Source of the DNA: an uncultured Gemmatimonadota bacterium
GTDB taxonomy: Bacteria; SM23-81
Assembly (NCBI GenBank): GCA_964584035.1
Contig: CAZOYL010000015.1
Coordinates: 14,806 to 32,053 of the forward strand
DNA length: 17,248 bases
Direction of reading: 5' to 3'
Part shown: piece by piece, positions 15,026-17,248 of the stretch
Numbering within the stretch: the stretch's first letter is position 1
How the letters are laid out: the number at the start of each line of letters is the position of its first letter
The notes under the pieces: model-generated
Told to the model about the DNA's origin: nothing
Databases searched by the model: none
Seen by the model: the letters and a program-made list of their open reading frames with translations, nothing else
Translations under genes and position numbers: made by a program

Positions 15026-16538
15026 CCAGCGACTGCTGCCCGTCGCCCTGATGGGTCTGCTGATCCTCATGGGTGCCGTAGTATCGACCGCCCAGCAGGC
15101 CTTTCCGCCCTCTTCGGAGGAATGGTCCGGACCGGACCAGGCTGGGTCTTTCACCCTGTCCATCGCCGAGAACCTGATGGACTCTCTGCTGAAGGTTCAG
15201 GAGATGCAGCCGGAATTTCCCTTCGCCGGACTCCGGCAAAGCGCCCGGCAGACCCTGCAGCTGTATCAGATGGCGCTGGACCAGTATCTTCGCGAGCTGC
15301 CCGAGGTTCAAGTTACCCGGCAGGTACGCCACAACTGGTGGGAGGCGTTCGAACGCCAGCAGGATCAATTCTGGAAACGCTGGCAAGCCCGTGTCGATCC
15401 TCTCATCCGGGAGGATCTGGAGGTTCTCTGGGAAGATCCGCACATCCGCACGATCGACCGGACCATCCCGCTGAGCGGCCTGCGGCACGTCGCCGTGGTC
15501 CATGAGTTCGGAGATCTTGACCTTCTCGGGACCGCCGGGCAGGATGCCCGGGTTCATGCCGATATCAGGGTCATCTCGACCGATCCGCAGGCAGCCCGCC
15601 GGTATGCCGAGGCCGTCGATATCCGGACGACCCGGACCGATGACACCCTGCGAATGATCACCGCCTATCCCGCAGATCCTCCCGCTGCCATCGACGGGGT
15701 CTCGGTGGCCGTCCGCCTGGAACTTCCCGGAGATTGTCACCTGGAGATCGAAAACTCCTTCGGAGATCTCCGTATGGAGAATTTCACGAGCGGCCTGAAG
15801 GCACGGAACCGATATGGTGATATCGTCTTGCAGGACTGCACCGGCGATCTGGAGATGTCCAACCGTCACGGCATCATCTCCGTCAGCGGCGGCCGGGGCC
15901 GGCTGTGGACGGAGAACAGCTTTCAACCCATCACGGTCTCGCACTTCGCCGGAGATATTCTGGCGGTCAATCAATTCGCCGACATCTCCGTGAGCCGGTC
16001 CGCCGGTCCGGTGCGGGCGGAGACGAGCATCGGCAACATTCAGGCAGTGGACATCGACGGCTCGGTGACGGTCTCCAATCGTCTCGGGGATGTCATGGTC
16101 CAGAGGGTCATGGGAGATCTGATGCTGACCGACACCGACTCGCAGGTCCTCATCGCCGATATTCTGGGAGAGACCCGCATCGACAACCGCCGGGGAGAGA
16201 TACGCGCCGGGCAGCTGGGCGGGGATGTGGTCATCACCAACGAACGGGGTGATGTGGATCTGGCGCTGGACCAGGTCCGGGAACGGCTGTATCGGTTGAA
16301 CAGCACCTTCGGAGTGGTCCGATTGAACCTGCCGCCCAACCCCTCGGCCCTCATCTCCGCAGAGACCTTGTACGGCACGATCGATTCCGACTTTCCCCTG
16401 GAGATCACCCGGGACGGATCGGTCCAATTCGCCAGGGGTAAATTCGGCCAGGGAATGGCCACCATTCAGCTGGATGCCGAACATTCCACGATCTATCTCA
16501 TTTCCACCGGGAGGTACGGAAAGGAGGTTCGTCCATGA
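14964..16538 (+). CDS. Secreted DUF4097-type beta-solenoid protein with extra N-terminal helical domain (start uncertain: 14964 or 15051)
   Basis: Hydrophobic signal LLPVALMGLLILMGAVVSTAQQA; about ten 18-aa rungs NSFG/NRYG/NRHG/NSFQ/NQFA/TSIG/NRLG/DTDS/NRRG/NERG; C-terminal ETLYGTIDSDFP...GKFGQGMATIQL. Confidence 0.75.
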   Translation: MTRRYRHFGSWPWSAPLHLPDQRLLPVALMGLLILMGAVVSTAQQAFPPSSEEWSGPDQAGSFTLSIAENLMDSLLKVQEMQPEFPFAGLRQSARQTLQLYQMALDQYLRELPEVQVTRQVRHNWWEAFERQQDQFWKRWQARVDPLIREDLEVLWEDPHIRTIDRTIPLSGLRHVAVVHEFGDLDLLGTAGQDARVHADIRVISTDPQAARRYAEAVDIRTTRTDDTLRMITAYPADPPAAIDGVSVAVRLELPGDCHLEIENSFGDLRMENFTSGLKARNRYGDIVLQDCTGDLEMSNRHGIISVSGGRGRLWTENSFQPITVSHFAGDILAVNQFADISVSRSAGPVRAETSIGNIQAVDIDGSVTVSNRLGDVMVQRVMGDLMLTDTDSQVLIADILGETRIDNRRGEIRAGQLGGDVVITNERGDVDLALDQVRERLYRLNSTFGVVRLNLPPNPSALISAETLYGTIDSDFPLEITRDGSVQFARGKFGQGMATIQLDAEHSTIYLISTGRYGKEVRP

Positions 16539-17248
16539 GATCTCGATCATGGATCGTTCGTTCATGGATCGCTTGCCGATGGGCCGTGTTGCCCGTCATG
16601 ACCGCACTGCTGCTCATGCTTTCCTGGCCCAGCGGGGGCGAAGCCGAAGAGGGCGACCGGGGCTGGCTGGGCGTCTCTCTGCAGCAGCTGACTCCTTCCC
16701 TGAGAGAGGCTATGGATATTTCCTCCGATGCCGGCGTCCTGATCACCGAGGTGCTCGAGGACAGCCCGGCGGGAGAGGCCGGACTGAAGATGGGCGATGT
16801 CATTGTCACCTACGATGGCCAAACCGTCAGCTCACCACACCGCCTGAGCAACCTGGTCCGGGGCACCGAACCGGAAACGGAGATCGCCATTGCGGTCCTG
16901 CGAAAGGGCCAGGAGAAAACCTTCCGGGTGAAGATCGGAGAGCTGGAGGGTGAGCAGGAGTGCATGATCAAGATCTTCAAGGACGGTGAGAAGAAGGACA
17001 TCTTCCTGGACAAGGACGGGTGCATGGACATCGATGAGGACGCCCTGCTCCTCGGCCTGCCGCCCCTTCCGGAACTCTGGTCGACGCACGGTCTCTGGCT
17101 GGGCGTCAAGCCCGTCGGGCTGACCGAGCAGCTGGCCGAGTACTTCCGTGTGAAGGACGGCCGCGGCGTGCTGATCGGCGAGGTGATGCCGGACAGCCCG
17201 GCCGAAAAAGCGGGGCTGCAGGCCGGAGACATCATCGTCCGGCTGGAT
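16535..17248 (+). CDS. Secreted tandem-PDZ-domain protein (HtrA/DegP-type PDZs), runs off the right edge
   Basis: Not in the ORF track. SD AAGGAGG and ATGA overlap with the upstream stop. Manual translation: signal peptide, then RGWLGVSLQQLTPSLREAM...GVLITEVLEDSPAGEAGLKMGDVIVTYDG (PDZ1) and LWLGVKPVGLTEQLAEYFRVKDGRGVLIGEVMPDSPAEKAGLQAGDIIVRLD (PDZ2). The frame is open to the window end. Confidence 0.92.
   Translation, partial: MRSRSWIVRSWIACRWAVLPVMTALLLMLSWPSGGEAEEGDRGWLGVSLQQLTPSLREAMDISSDAGVLITEVLEDSPAGEAGLKMGDVIVTYDGQTVSSPHRLSNLVRGTEPETEIAIAVLRKGQEKTFRVKIGELEGEQECMIKIFKDGEKKDIFLDKDGCMDIDEDALLLGLPPLPELWSTHGLWLGVKPVGLTEQLAEYFRVKDGRGVLIGEVMPDSPAEKAGLQAGDIIVRLD

Noticed and set aside
15003..16565. 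520-aa minus-strand ORF (and other minus-strand ORFs in 10476-17235)
   Set aside because: Shadow of the DUF4097 gene and its neighbours; no family motifs or expression signals.

Overview
GC-rich bacterial window. The 'YPNPFN...FlgD-Ig' C-terminal domain suggests an FCB-superphylum lineage, but this is inference. Two gene blocks diverge from an AT-rich intergenic region at ~10283-10499. The left (minus-strand) block is a tightly packed run: DUF624/YesL-like membrane protein, acpS, nnr (NnrE-NnrD), M20D amidohydrolase, stand-alone beta-propeller, thiL, glnA, a secreted Ig/FlgD-CTD protein and a Hanks-type Ser/Thr kinase that runs off the left edge. The right (plus-strand) block has two consecutive ECF sigma-factor modules separated by a strong intrinsic terminator. 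Module 1 is an ECF sigma with no classical anti-sigma, a DUF4097 beta-solenoid and a beta-helix/multi-TM membrane protein. Module 2 is an ECF sigma, a zf-HC2 anti-sigma, a second DUF4097 protein and a secreted tandem-PDZ protein that runs off the right edge. Each sigma gene has a GCAAC-N17/18-CGT ECF-type promoter directly upstream. The first would place +1 at or near the sigma ATG (leaderless), and a third ECF-like motif points into the housekeeping operon. This paired ECF/DUF4097/PDZ envelope-sensing locus is the best candidate for an uncharacterised system. No mobile elements, CRISPR arrays or RNA genes were recognised.
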